Source: Nemertoderma westbladi (Eukaryota > Animalia > Xenacoelomorpha). Taken from it: a stretch of DNA of 32,287 nucleotides. How positions within the stretch are numbered: the first letter of the stretch is position 1; each line of letters starts with the position of its first letter. Both the position numbers and the translations under genes were made by a program. The DNA is taken from positions 1 through 32,287 of the forward strand of contig JAUCBJ010000060.1 in NCBI GenBank assembly GCA_032718475.1, given 5' to 3'. Shown in pieces: positions 22,451 through 32,287 of this stretch. Below the pieces are notes generated by a model. That model was not told where the DNA came from. It made no database searches and saw only the letters and a list, made by a program, of their open reading frames with translations.

Positions 22451-25400
22451 CAGAACAGAACAGAACAGAAACAGGAACAGGAACAGGAACAGGAACAGAG
22501 CAGAGCAGAGCAGAGCAGAGCAGAGCAGAGCAGAGCAGAGCAGAGCAGAGCAGAGCAGAGCAGAGCAGAGCAGAGCAGAGCAGAGCAGAGCAGAGCAGAG
22601 CAGAGCAGAGCAGAGCAGAGCAGAGCAGAGCAGAGCAGAGCAGAGCAGAGCAGAGCAGAGCAGAGCAGAGCAGAGCAGAGCAGAGCAGAGCAGAGCAGAG
22701 CAGAGCAGAGCAGAGCAGAGCAGAGCAGAGCAGAGCAGAGCAGAGCAGAGCAGAGCAGAGCAGAGCAGAGCAGAGCAGAGCAGAGCAGAGCAGAGCAGAG
22801 CAGAGCAGAGCAGAGCAGAGCAGAGCAGAGCAGAGCAGAGCAGAGCAGAGCAGAGCAGAGCAGAGCAGAGCAGAGCAGAGCAGAGCAGAGCAGAGCAGAG
22901 CAGAGCAGAGCAGAGCAGAGCAGAGCAGAGCAGAGCAGAGCAGAGCAGAGCAGAGCAGAGCAGAGCAGAGCAGAGCAGAGCAGAGCAGAGCAGAGCAGAG
23001 CAGAGCAGAGCAGAGCAGAGCAGAGCAGAGCAGAGCAGAGCAGAGCAGAGCAGAGCAGAGCAGAGCAGAGCAGAGCAGAGCAGAGCAGAGCAGAGCAGAG
23101 CAGAGCAGAGCAGAGCAGAGCAGAGCAGAGCAGAGCAGAGCAGAGCAGAGCAGAGCAGAGCAGAGCAGAGCAGAGCAGAGCAGAGCAGAGCAGAGCAGAG
23201 CAGAGCAGAGCAGAGCAGAGCAGAGCAGAGCAGAGCAGAGCAGAGCAGAGCAGAGCAGAGCAGAGCAGAGCAGAGCAGAGCAGAGCAGAGCAGAGCAGAG
23301 CAGAGCAGAGCAGAGCAGAGCAGAGCAGAGCAGAGCAGAGCAGAGCAGAGCAGAGCAGAGCAGAGCAGAGCAGAGCAGAGCAGAGCAGAGCAGAGCAGAG
23401 CAGAGCAGAGCAGAGCAGAGCAGAGCAGAGCAGAGCAGAGCAGAGCAGAGCAGAGCAGAGCAGAGCAGAGCAGAGCAGAGCAGAGCAGAGCAGAGCAGAG
23501 CAGAGCAGAGCAGAGCAGAGCAGAGCAGAGCAGAGCAGAGCAGAGCAGAGCAGAGCAGAGCAGAGCAGAGCAGAGCAGAGCAGAGCAGAGCAGAGCAGAG
23601 CAGAGCAGAGCAGAGCAGAGCAGAGCAGAGCAGAGCAGAGCAGAGCAGAGCAGAGCAGAGCAGAGCAGAGCAGAGCAGAGCAGAGCAGAGCAGAGCAGAG
23701 CAGAGCAGAGCAGAGCAGAGCAGAGCAGAGCAGAGCAGAGCAGAGCAGAGCAGAGCAGAGCAGAGCAGAGCAGAGCAGAGCAGAGCAGAGCAGAGCAGAG
23801 CAGAGCAGAGCAGAGCAGAGCAGAGCAGAGCAGAGCAGAGCAGAGCAGAGCAGAGCAGAGCAGAGCAGAGCAGAGCAGAGCAGAGCAGAGCAGAGCAGAG
23901 CAGAGCAGAGCAGAGCAGAGCAGAGCAGAGCAGAGCAGAGCAGAGCAGAGCAGAGCAGAGCAGAGCAGAGCAGAGCAGAGCAGAGCAGAGCAGAGCAGAG
24001 CAGAGCAGAGCAGAGCAGAGCAGAGCAGAGCAGAGCAGAGCAGAGCAGAGCAGAGCAGAGCAGAGCAGAGCAGAGCAGAGCAGAGCAGAGCAGAGCAGAG
24101 CAGAGCAGAGCAGAGCAGAGCAGAGCAGAGCAGAGCAGAGCAGAGCAGAGCAGAGCAGAGCAGAGCAGAGCAGAGCAGAGCAGAGCAGAGCAGAGCAGAG
24201 CAGAGCAGAGCAGAGCAGAGCAGAGCAGAGCAGAGCAGAGCAGAGCAGAGCAGAGCAGAGCAGAGCAGAGCAGAGCAGAGCAGAGCAGAGCAGAGCAGAG
24301 CAGAGCAGAGCAGAGCAGAGCAGAGCAGAGCAGAGCAGAGCAGAGCAGAGCAGAGCAGAGCAGAGCAGAGCAGAGCAGAGCAGAGCAGAGCAGAGCAGAG
24401 CAGAGCAGAGCAGAGCAGAGCAGAGCAGAGCAGAGCAGAGCAGAGCAGAGCAGAGCAGAGCAGAGCAGAGCAGAGCAGAGCAGAGCAGAGCAGAGCAGAG
24501 CAGAGCAGAGCAGAGCAGAGCAGAGCAGAGCAGAGCAGAGCAGAGCAGAGCAGAGCAGAGCAGAGCAGAGCAGAGCAGAGCAGAGCAGAGCAGAGCAGAG
24601 CAGAGCAGAGCAGAGCAGAGCAGAGCAGAGCAGAGCAGAGCAGAGCAGAGCAGAGCAGAGCAGAGCAGAGCAGAGCAGAGCAGAGCAGAGCAGAGCAGAG
24701 CAGAGCAGAGCAGAGCAGAGCAGAGCAGAGCAGAGCAGAGCAGAGCAGAGCAGAGCAGAGCAGAGCAGAGCAGAGCAGAGCAGAGCAGAGCAGAGCAGAG
24801 CAGAGCAGAGCAGAGCAGAGCAGAGCAGAGCAGAGCAGAGCAGAGCAGAGCAGAGCAGAGCAGAGCAGAGCAGAGCAGAGCAGAGCAGAGCAGAGCAGAG
24901 CAGAGCAGAGCAGAGCAGAGCAGAGCAGAGCAGAGCAGAGCAGAGCAGAGCAGAGCAGAGCAGAGCAGAGCAGAGCAGAGCAGAGCAGAGCAGAGCAGAG
25001 CAGAGCAGAGCAGAGCAGAGCAGAGCAGAGCAGAGCAGAGCAGAGCAGAGCAGAGCAGAGCAGAGCAGAGCAGAGCAGAGCAGAGCAGAGCAGAGCAGAG
25101 CAGAGCAGAGCAGAGCAGAGCAGAGCAGAGCAGAGCAGAGCAGAGCAGAGCAGAGCAGAGCAGAGCAGAGCAGAGCAGAGCAGAGCAGAGCAGAGCAGAG
25201 CAGAGCAGAGCAGAGCAGAGCAGAGCAGAGCAGAGCAGAGCAGAGCAGAGCAGAGCAGAGCAGAGCAGAGCAGAGCAGAGCAGAGCAGAGCAGAGCAGAG
25301 CAGAGCAGAGCAGAGCAGAGCAGAGCAGAGCAGAGCAGAGCAGAGCAGAGCAGAGCAGAGCAGAGCAGAGCAGAGCAGAGCAGAGCAGAGCAGAGCAGAG

Positions 25401-26160
25401 CAGAGCAGAGCAGAGCAGAGCAGAGCAGAGCAGAGCAGAGCAGAGCAGAGCAGAGCAGAGCAGAGCAGAGCAGAGCAGAGCAGAGCAGAGCAGAGCAGAG
25501 CAGAGCAGAGCAGAGCAGAGCAGAGCAGAGCAGAGCAGAGCAGAGCAGAGCAGAGCAGAGCAGAGCAGAGCAGAGCAGAGCAGAGCAGAGCAGAGCAGAG
25601 CAGAGCAGAGCAGAGCAGAGCAGAGCAGAGCAGAGCAGAGCAGAGCAGAGCAGAGCAGAGCAGAGCAGAGCAGAGCAGAGCAGAGCAGAGCAGAGCAGAG
25701 CAGAGCAGAGCAGAGCAGAGCAGAGCAGAGCAGAGCAGAGCAGAGCAGAGCAGAGCAGAGCAGAGCAGAGCAGAGCAGAGCAGAGCAGAGCAGAGCAGAG
25801 CAGAGCAGAGCAGAGCAGAGCAGAGCAGAGCAGAGCAGAGCAGAGCAGAGCAGAGCAGAGCAGAGCAGAGCAGAGCAGAGCAGAGCAGAGCAGAGCAGAG
25901 CAGAGCAGAGCAGAGCAGAGCAGAGCAGAGCAGAGCAGAGCAGAGCAGAGCAGAGCAGAGCAGAGCAGAGCAGAGCAGAGCAGAGCAGAGCAGAGCAGAG
26001 CAGAGCAGAGCAGAGCAGAGCAGAGCAGAGCAGAGCAGAGCAGAGCAGAGCAGAGCAGAGCAGAGCAGAGCAGAGCAGAGCAGAGCAGAGCAGAGCAGAG
26101 CAGAGCAGAGCAGAGCAGAGCAGAGCAGAGCAGAGCAGAACAGAACAGAACAGAACAGAA
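22451..26160 (+). repeat. Compound satellite (CAGAA)4-A-(CAGGAA)4-(CAGAG)728-(CAGAA)5
   Basis: CAGAG runs from 22496 to 26135 (3640 bp) with no variant seen. Confidence 0.97.
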
Positions 26161-27246
26161 CATGGCGATAAAGTACTGTAGGCCCTACAAGAAAAACTTT
26201 GTTGAAATAATACAGAAGTGTATACAGAAGTGTAAACTAATAAGGGGGGTGGGGGGGGGGGGTGAGTGGTTGGAGAAGCATAACATAAATTACAGTTCAG
26301 TATACTATTTCAAAATTTCAGTGCAACTATTTGATAATGTTATTTTTGGTCCAACTACTCTAAAACCCATAACCTACCTACATAAGCAGACTGTCAAGAC
26401 ATATTATGTTTTGTGAAAATTGTCCATGGTTACGAAAATGGAATTGCAGAATATATAATAACTAGCTATAACTAATTGTTTACATCATAATTATATCTCC
26501 CTTAATACAACAACCATTTTTAGCAAATATTATTATAGCTATATTATTTAGCAATATTTAACCATCTCTGTTGGCTTTAATTTTCGTCTTTTTAATGTAA
26601 TCTAGATTAGAACCACAGATTCCGATAATCTCAAAACCGTTTTCATTTTCACCAATAACTTCCGGAGATATGTTATCAAATATCAAAGGTAGGCCCCCTA
26701 TACGTATACATTTTAACACGTAAATCGATATATTTCTAATTTTTTTTACTAAATTCGAGAAAATTAATTACGAATAATGAAGAAATAAGATCCGAGAGTT
26801 TTAAAGCCCTGCTAAATAATAAATAATATTCTAGAATAAAGACAAAAAAACATTAGAATTATATTGAATTTATTTACGTCTCAAAATACCCACCTTAGAG
26901 TTTTGATAATATCTGTGGCAATTTTTGGTGAAATTTAATATTGTTTTCAGATTTGGAATCTGCAGATGAAGGCGGTTCTATTGATATCTAGATTGCATTC
27001 GAAAGACAAAAAATAAAGTGAACGGTAATGGTTAATATTTTTTTTTTTTAACTTTTTTAAACAGGTTATTGTAGCAAATAATATTTAAATTGATAAATTC
27101 AGCCCTGCCAGCATTACGAAAATTTTTCGAACTATCTTCATACCAAATTATGTAGCATTTGATTGAAATTTGAAAAAAATGGTTGTTGTATTAAGGGAGA
27201 TGGTGTACTGTTTAGTGAATAATTATAGTGATGCAACGTTACTAAT

Positions 27247-28314
27247 ATGAAGTCCAAAGGTGATAGCATTTCCGTGGTGGATGCCCGGCTTTCTCTTAAT
27301 TCTGTTGATCAATATATATTTGAAGCAAAGAACCGATTCAACTATGCATGGAAAGCTCCACAAGAGTCGAACGCCACAATCGATGAGTTTACCATTTCTA
27401 GAACGTTGGGAACCGGTGCATTCGGTAGGGTGCTACTTGTCAGACACAACAAAACTAATACATATCACGCAATGAAGATTCTTAACAAAGTTCAAATTGT
27501 GGAAAGTAAGCAAGTGGAGCACACACTGACTGAAAAGCGCATTCTCGCTTGTACAAAATTCCCTTTTATAGTCTCACTGTCTTATCATTTTAAAGATAAT
27601 ATTTATTTGTACGTTGTCATGGAATTTGTAGCTGGGGGGGAATTGTTTTACCATCTTAGGAGAACCAAACGATTCCCTGAAGATCAAACTAAATTCTACG
27701 TAGCCCAAGTTATCCTCGCCTTCCAATTCTTGCATTCGATGAATATACTTTATCGCGACTTGAAACCTGAGAATGTTTTGGTTGATAACCAGGGTTATAT
27801 CAAGCTAGCGGATTTAGGTTTCGCGAAGCAAGTTACGGGTCGAACTTATACAATGTGCGGAACACCTGAGTACATAGCGCCGGAGGTCGTCAAAAACGCC
27901 GGATACGGGAAATCGGTGGACTGGTGGGCCATCGGGATATTTATGTACGAATTGTTCCATGGAACACCTCCGTTTGTGGACGAAAACCAACTCGAATTAT
28001 ACCGATCAATATTATATGACGATGTAAAATTTACTTCGAAGTTTTCGAAGGTGCTTAAACATTTGATCAGCCATATTTTGAAAAAGGAAATAAGTTCGCG
28101 TTATGGTTGTCTTCGGAGTGGCATTGAAGATATCAGGAACCACGAGTGGTTCCGTTCTCTCAACTGGGTCGCTCTGTACCATCGGACATTAATTCCACCT
28201 CTTATTCCCAGTACAAAAGGTCCAGGAGATTCATCAAATTTTGAGAAATACGAAGAGGTTGAGTTTGCTAAAGCCAATACGGACATATGTTCTAAGGAAT
28301 TTGAAGATTTTTGA
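27247..28314 (+). CDS. cAMP-dependent protein kinase catalytic subunit-like (PKA-C paralogue), intronless CDS, 355 aa
   Basis: LGTGAFGRV, AMKIL, QVEHTLTEKRIL, YRDLKPEN, DLGFAK, GRTYTMCGTPEYIAPE, VDWWAIG, and AGC tail KGPGDSSNFEKYEE...KEFEDF*. In-frame TGA at 27229 upstream of the ATG. Confidence 0.93.
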   Translation: MKSKGDSISVVDARLSLNSVDQYIFEAKNRFNYAWKAPQESNATIDEFTISRTLGTGAFGRVLLVRHNKTNTYHAMKILNKVQIVESKQVEHTLTEKRILACTKFPFIVSLSYHFKDNIYLYVVMEFVAGGELFYHLRRTKRFPEDQTKFYVAQVILAFQFLHSMNILYRDLKPENVLVDNQGYIKLADLGFAKQVTGRTYTMCGTPEYIAPEVVKNAGYGKSVDWWAIGIFMYELFHGTPPFVDENQLELYRSILYDDVKFTSKFSKVLKHLISHILKKEISSRYGCLRSGIEDIRNHEWFRSLNWVALYHRTLIPPLIPSTKGPGDSSNFEKYEEVEFAKANTDICSKEFEDF

Positions 28315-28758
28315 ATATTCAAAGTCAAATTTGGGGCAATTCCTACTCTAATGTTAACTGTCCGATTTTTGCAATGTTATAAGGTTGACCATATATTGAC
28401 ATTATACTGCAACACGCTTGTTTAAAATCATTATCTAGTATTATAAATAGTATTATATCCACCACACAGTACATACATATGAAAGACCTTGTTTAGGGTG
28501 CACAGTTTAGGGAATTGTATTATGACGCGAAGCAGATATGGAAGACCATAAATTGGAAGGTTGACTCATAAATACAGTACTATGGAAATTAGAATTTACT
28601 AACAAATCAATTTCCACTGTGTTTAAATTGCACTTTACAAGCCAGAGCTATCATCATAGTTTAGGGACGCTGATCACCTTGATTCTGTGGGGCGAGACAC
28701 GAATGGCGAGCCATCAGCGAACTGATATAATTATGCTATGGCCGTTTTTCAAAAGTCT

Positions 28759-28780
28759 GTGTGTGTGTGTGTGTGTGTGT
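28759..28780. repeat. (TG)n microsatellite
   Basis: Read directly from the sequence. Confidence 0.9.
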
Positions 28781-29430
28781 CGGAAGCCATAAATGTCTGA
28801 AGCCATAATCAAAATTAATATCTTCAGCTAAATTGTATGGTTGAGTCATTTTGAACGGTCTCTCCATGGAAATTAATTATTTAGCACCATACGATTAAAG
28901 TTATTTTGCACAGAAATTAGATATCTGGAATCCATGTACCCCATTCCATTATAGTTTTTTATTTTTTCAAGTGATTTGCGTTAATAAAGGTATTTTTCAT
29001 TGATTTTAACATAATTAACATTGTAAATTCATACGCTGATTCCATTCTCCCCCATAGAGCGTAAGGCATGGCAAGGGCAGCCGTGCCCAATAATATTTCT
29101 TGAAGTTGTACATTATTAACATGGCAAGCTAAAGTCATTGACCAAGCCTGTGCCTAGGCTAGCACACAAGGACATAACTGTAGTAGTCTTGTAGAAGGCA
29201 TAGTGCTCCTTCAATACATCTCAACAGACATCAATTCATTTGCCTGTGCCTACCATAACATAACATATATCCTTGATTTCCAATCACCTCTCACCACAAT
29301 TATTATTAGTAATGAAAAGTTTCAATTCGGTTTGTCTTTCCGTTATCTAGCTATTCAGTTATTGCATTATTAATAAATAAATGTTTTAAAATATATCTTA
29401 CGAAATATGGTTAATAATTAAAACTTATCG

Positions 29431-30262
29431 CTAACATTCTCGCTATGGGGGGTGCTGATTACATTTCTGATGTCAGTTTTCACGTTTACATAAATCTAGT
29501 CTGTCTGTCTGTCGGTCATTCTGTTAGTCAGTCTATCAAAACATAAAAAATAGTTCAAATTAACTAACATTCTCGCTATCGGGGTTTTAAGGGGTGATGA
29601 TTTCATTTCTGATGTCAGTTTTCAGGTTTACATAAATCTAGTCTGTCTGTTTGTCGGTCTGTCGGTCTTTTTTGTCAGTCAGTCAGTCTGTCAAAACTTA
29701 AAAAAGAATACAAACTAACTAACATTCTCGTTATGGGTGTTTTAATGGGTGCTGATTTCATTTCAGATGTCACTTTTCACGTTTAATAAATCTAGTCTGT
29801 CTGGCTGTCGGTCTTTCTGTCAGTCAGTCTGTCAAAACTTAAAAAAGAATACTAACTAACTAACATTCTCGTTATGGGGGTTTTAATGGGTGCTGATTTC
29901 ATTTCAGATGTCAGTTTTCACGTTTAATAAATCTAGTCTGTCTGGCTGTCGGTCTTTCTGTCAGTAGGTCTGTCAAAACTTAAAAAAGTATACTAACTAA
30001 CCAACATTCCCGCTATGGGGGTTTTAAGGGGTGCTGATTTCATTTCTGATGTCAGTTTTCAGGTTTACATAAATCTAGTCTGTCTGTTTGTCGGTCTGTC
30101 GGTCTTTCTGTCAGTCAGACAGTCTGTCAAAACTTAAAAAAGAATACAAACTAACTAACATTCTCGTTATGGGGGTTTTAATGGGTGCTGATTTCATTTC
30201 AGATGTAAGTTTTCACGTTTAATAAATCTAGTCTGTCTGTCTGTCGTTCTTACTGTCAGTCT
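29431..30262. repeat. 135-155-bp tandem repeat, 6 copies, each with a (GTCT/GTCA)n microsatellite
   Basis: Units start CTAACATTCTCG(C/T)TATGGGGGTTTTAA at ~29431, 29565, 29719, 29860, 30001, 30155. Confidence 0.9.
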
Positions 30263-30438
30263 GTACTACTGTACTGTGGTTGGCATTACGCCATATACCT
30301 AACATTGATGATACAGTCTACAATACAGCCTATCTACAGTACAGAATGGATTTTTCCCATGAAGAGCACTAAATGTCTTTAATACTGTCCACCAGTATAC
30401 CTAGACCAAGAGCCTTCCAATAAAACATGTATTCCAGC

Positions 30439-30510
30439 ATGACGTCCACTGCACGTCTTAGTGTTGTCCATGGTGACATGCACTGGACGTCATAGGCTCT
30501 AAGGGGTTAA
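30439..30510. mobile_element. Possible piggyBac-like right end with subterminal inverted repeat
   Basis: ATGACGTCCACTGCACGTC (30439) / GACATGCACTGGACGTCAT (30475) are 17/19 complementary, followed by AGGGG|TTAA. No matching left end found. Confidence 0.4.
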
Positions 30511-32207
30511 GCAACACGGTCCCTACTTCGCCCTGTCGACACCCCAGCCATTTTTCACCAATACTTTTTTAGAGTTTTTAAATTTGTTTGGTATTGGTGA
30601 AAGTTCTAGAACATTAGTAGATATGTTTTTTGTGATAGCTACCGGTAGTGTTTTTTTGCTAGCTAGTATTTTTAGAAATTATAAAAAATGCGAAAGTCCA
30701 TGATATTTCAGGTTAAACTGTTGAAGAATATATTTATGACCAAAATAATTTCCAAAAATTACTAGCTAGTAAAAAATACTAGCATTATACATTATACATA
30801 TAGATTATATATAAAAAAGCACTCAAAATCACAAAAAAATAAAGGGACCCTTTTGCTTAAGGAGTCAAAATTAATGAATAAATTCGCGATGTTTGCGACG
30901 TTTGCGAAATTCGCGAAGAATCCGTCAGTTTCTGTGCCCTAATGGGTTCGTGCCAAAACAATAAAATCTTACACACTTAACACACACGAACTAATTTAAA
31001 GTGGGTATTAGTATGCCTGAATAATTAAATAGAAATTAAATTATTGAACGCTATTTCAACATGAAATCTACGGAATCAATACACAACACACGCACACTAC
31101 TGAATTTAAAAATTTATATAGATTGCAACTTATATTTGGCTACCTTTTAGGCCTAATGGGTGACTAATTTAATTCTTCACCCCTATATATTTGTAGCCTT
31201 TTTAATTTGTGCCTTTAATTGAATCAAACATTAAACTAAAATATATGTCACAATATTGATCTGTCTGTAGCTGGTCAATGAATCTCTCATAAATTTGTTA
31301 ATTAGTCGCTGCTCAGTGATTGAACATTTGAACACGTGCTGCTCGAAGACCCCACAACGTGTACTTCTACTTACATACCACGGCTATATGGCAAGTCCTG
31401 TCCTTGCTGAGAGAGATTCTTGCCAATATAAACGTCAATCCTATCCATCTCCCGGAATATGGTGTCTTAAATCAATGACTTGAAACTGGAACCCCCACAA
31501 AATATTCTGCCCAACTCTTCCCTCAAAATGTTCTACTAATCTTAATGAGATCGCATTGAATTTGAAACAGATAGTTTTAACTATCTGTTATAACTTTGCA
31601 TAACACAAGCCAAACAAAAGGAACAGTAGGAAAGAGTAGGTAGAAAATTAGTAATTTATTTCACAATATCCCGCAATTCAATGTAGAATAAATACAATTT
31701 ACGCCGGCCTGTTACACCTAAATTGCTATATCTCGGTAAATATAAGTCGCATCGAATTTTTAAATATACCAAAAACTCCACGATATATTAAGCAAACTGA
31801 TGTAAAAAGATTATACAATTCCACTCCAAGGAAATTTCATAATTTCCAATAATTTTAGCAAAGATTTTTCACATAATAAAACTGTGATCGCTCTATTGAT
31901 TTTAGGTGTAATGTATTTATTTGTTTTTGTTTAAAAACTACAATAGTTCATAATATAATAAATCATTTTCTGTGGATAAGTGTTTTTGAGGTCAACAAAT
32001 CCGATGGGCGAGGTTACATCCACCCGTTCAGTAGAAAAGTTGTGTAAATAAGCTCCCTGTATTGTACCAGCAAAATTGATATATTAAAATTTGTTAAATG
32101 ATTAGACAAATTTCTGTTGCTCTGGAAACTAAATTGGTAACTATATAGAAGTCCATACTTCAGTCAATCGATATTCATTAGAGTAAAGATTGTCTGTACC
32201 AAATTTG

Positions 32208-32260
32208 AGTACTCTGCGTTGATACCACTGCTTCAAGCAGTGGTATCAACGCAGAGTACT
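32208..32260. other. Synthetic adapter contamination: head-to-head AAGCAGTGGTATCAACGCAGAGTACT (SMART/ISPCR; also used in PacBio ultra-low-input amplification)
   Basis: Exact reverse copy at 32208-32233, one C, exact forward copy at 32235-32260. Confidence 0.97.
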
Positions 32261-32287
32261 CCCTAATTCTACCGCTAGCTTTGCATA

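Noticed and set aside
22295-26416. 1373-aa (QSRAE)n and 1243-aa (CSALL)n ORFs
   Set aside because: CAGAG repeats contain no stop codon in any frame on either strand; the flanks have no protein-like character and the plus ORF lacks an ATG start.
30515-30960. Chapaev/Transib-like element starting CACGG
   Set aside because: No matching right terminus or TSD found.
32208-32260. Biological hairpin, terminator or telomere-resolution-like palindrome
   Set aside because: Exact match to a commercial adapter sequence.

Overview
AT-rich eukaryotic (probably invertebrate animal) genomic DNA, dominated by transposon debris and tandem repeats. There are two host genes. One is a minus-strand, two-coding-exon gene (7019-6533 + 5542-2298, 1243 aa): a largely disordered protein with one ZFP64/ZNF341-like N-terminal zinc motif and a C-terminal 6-aa repeat. 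The other is an intronless, divergent PKA catalytic subunit-like kinase (27247-28314). Mobile DNA includes a frameshifted pogo/Fot-like DD35D element (8789-15318) with nested insertions, several MITEs with readable TSDs, and an RTE-like LINE endonuclease fragment. A perfect 3.6-kb (CAGAG)n array lies upstream of the kinase. The most striking signal is about 27 exact 13-mers of the form [5-mer]-CAG/CTG-[same 5-mer]. They cluster in hotspots around a 506-bp MITE with CAG...CTG ends and a 5-bp TSD, and they look like excision footprints of a DNA transposon family I cannot assign to a known superfamily. The window ends in a head-to-head SMART/ultra-low-input PCR adapter pair (32208-32260), which is a library artefact.
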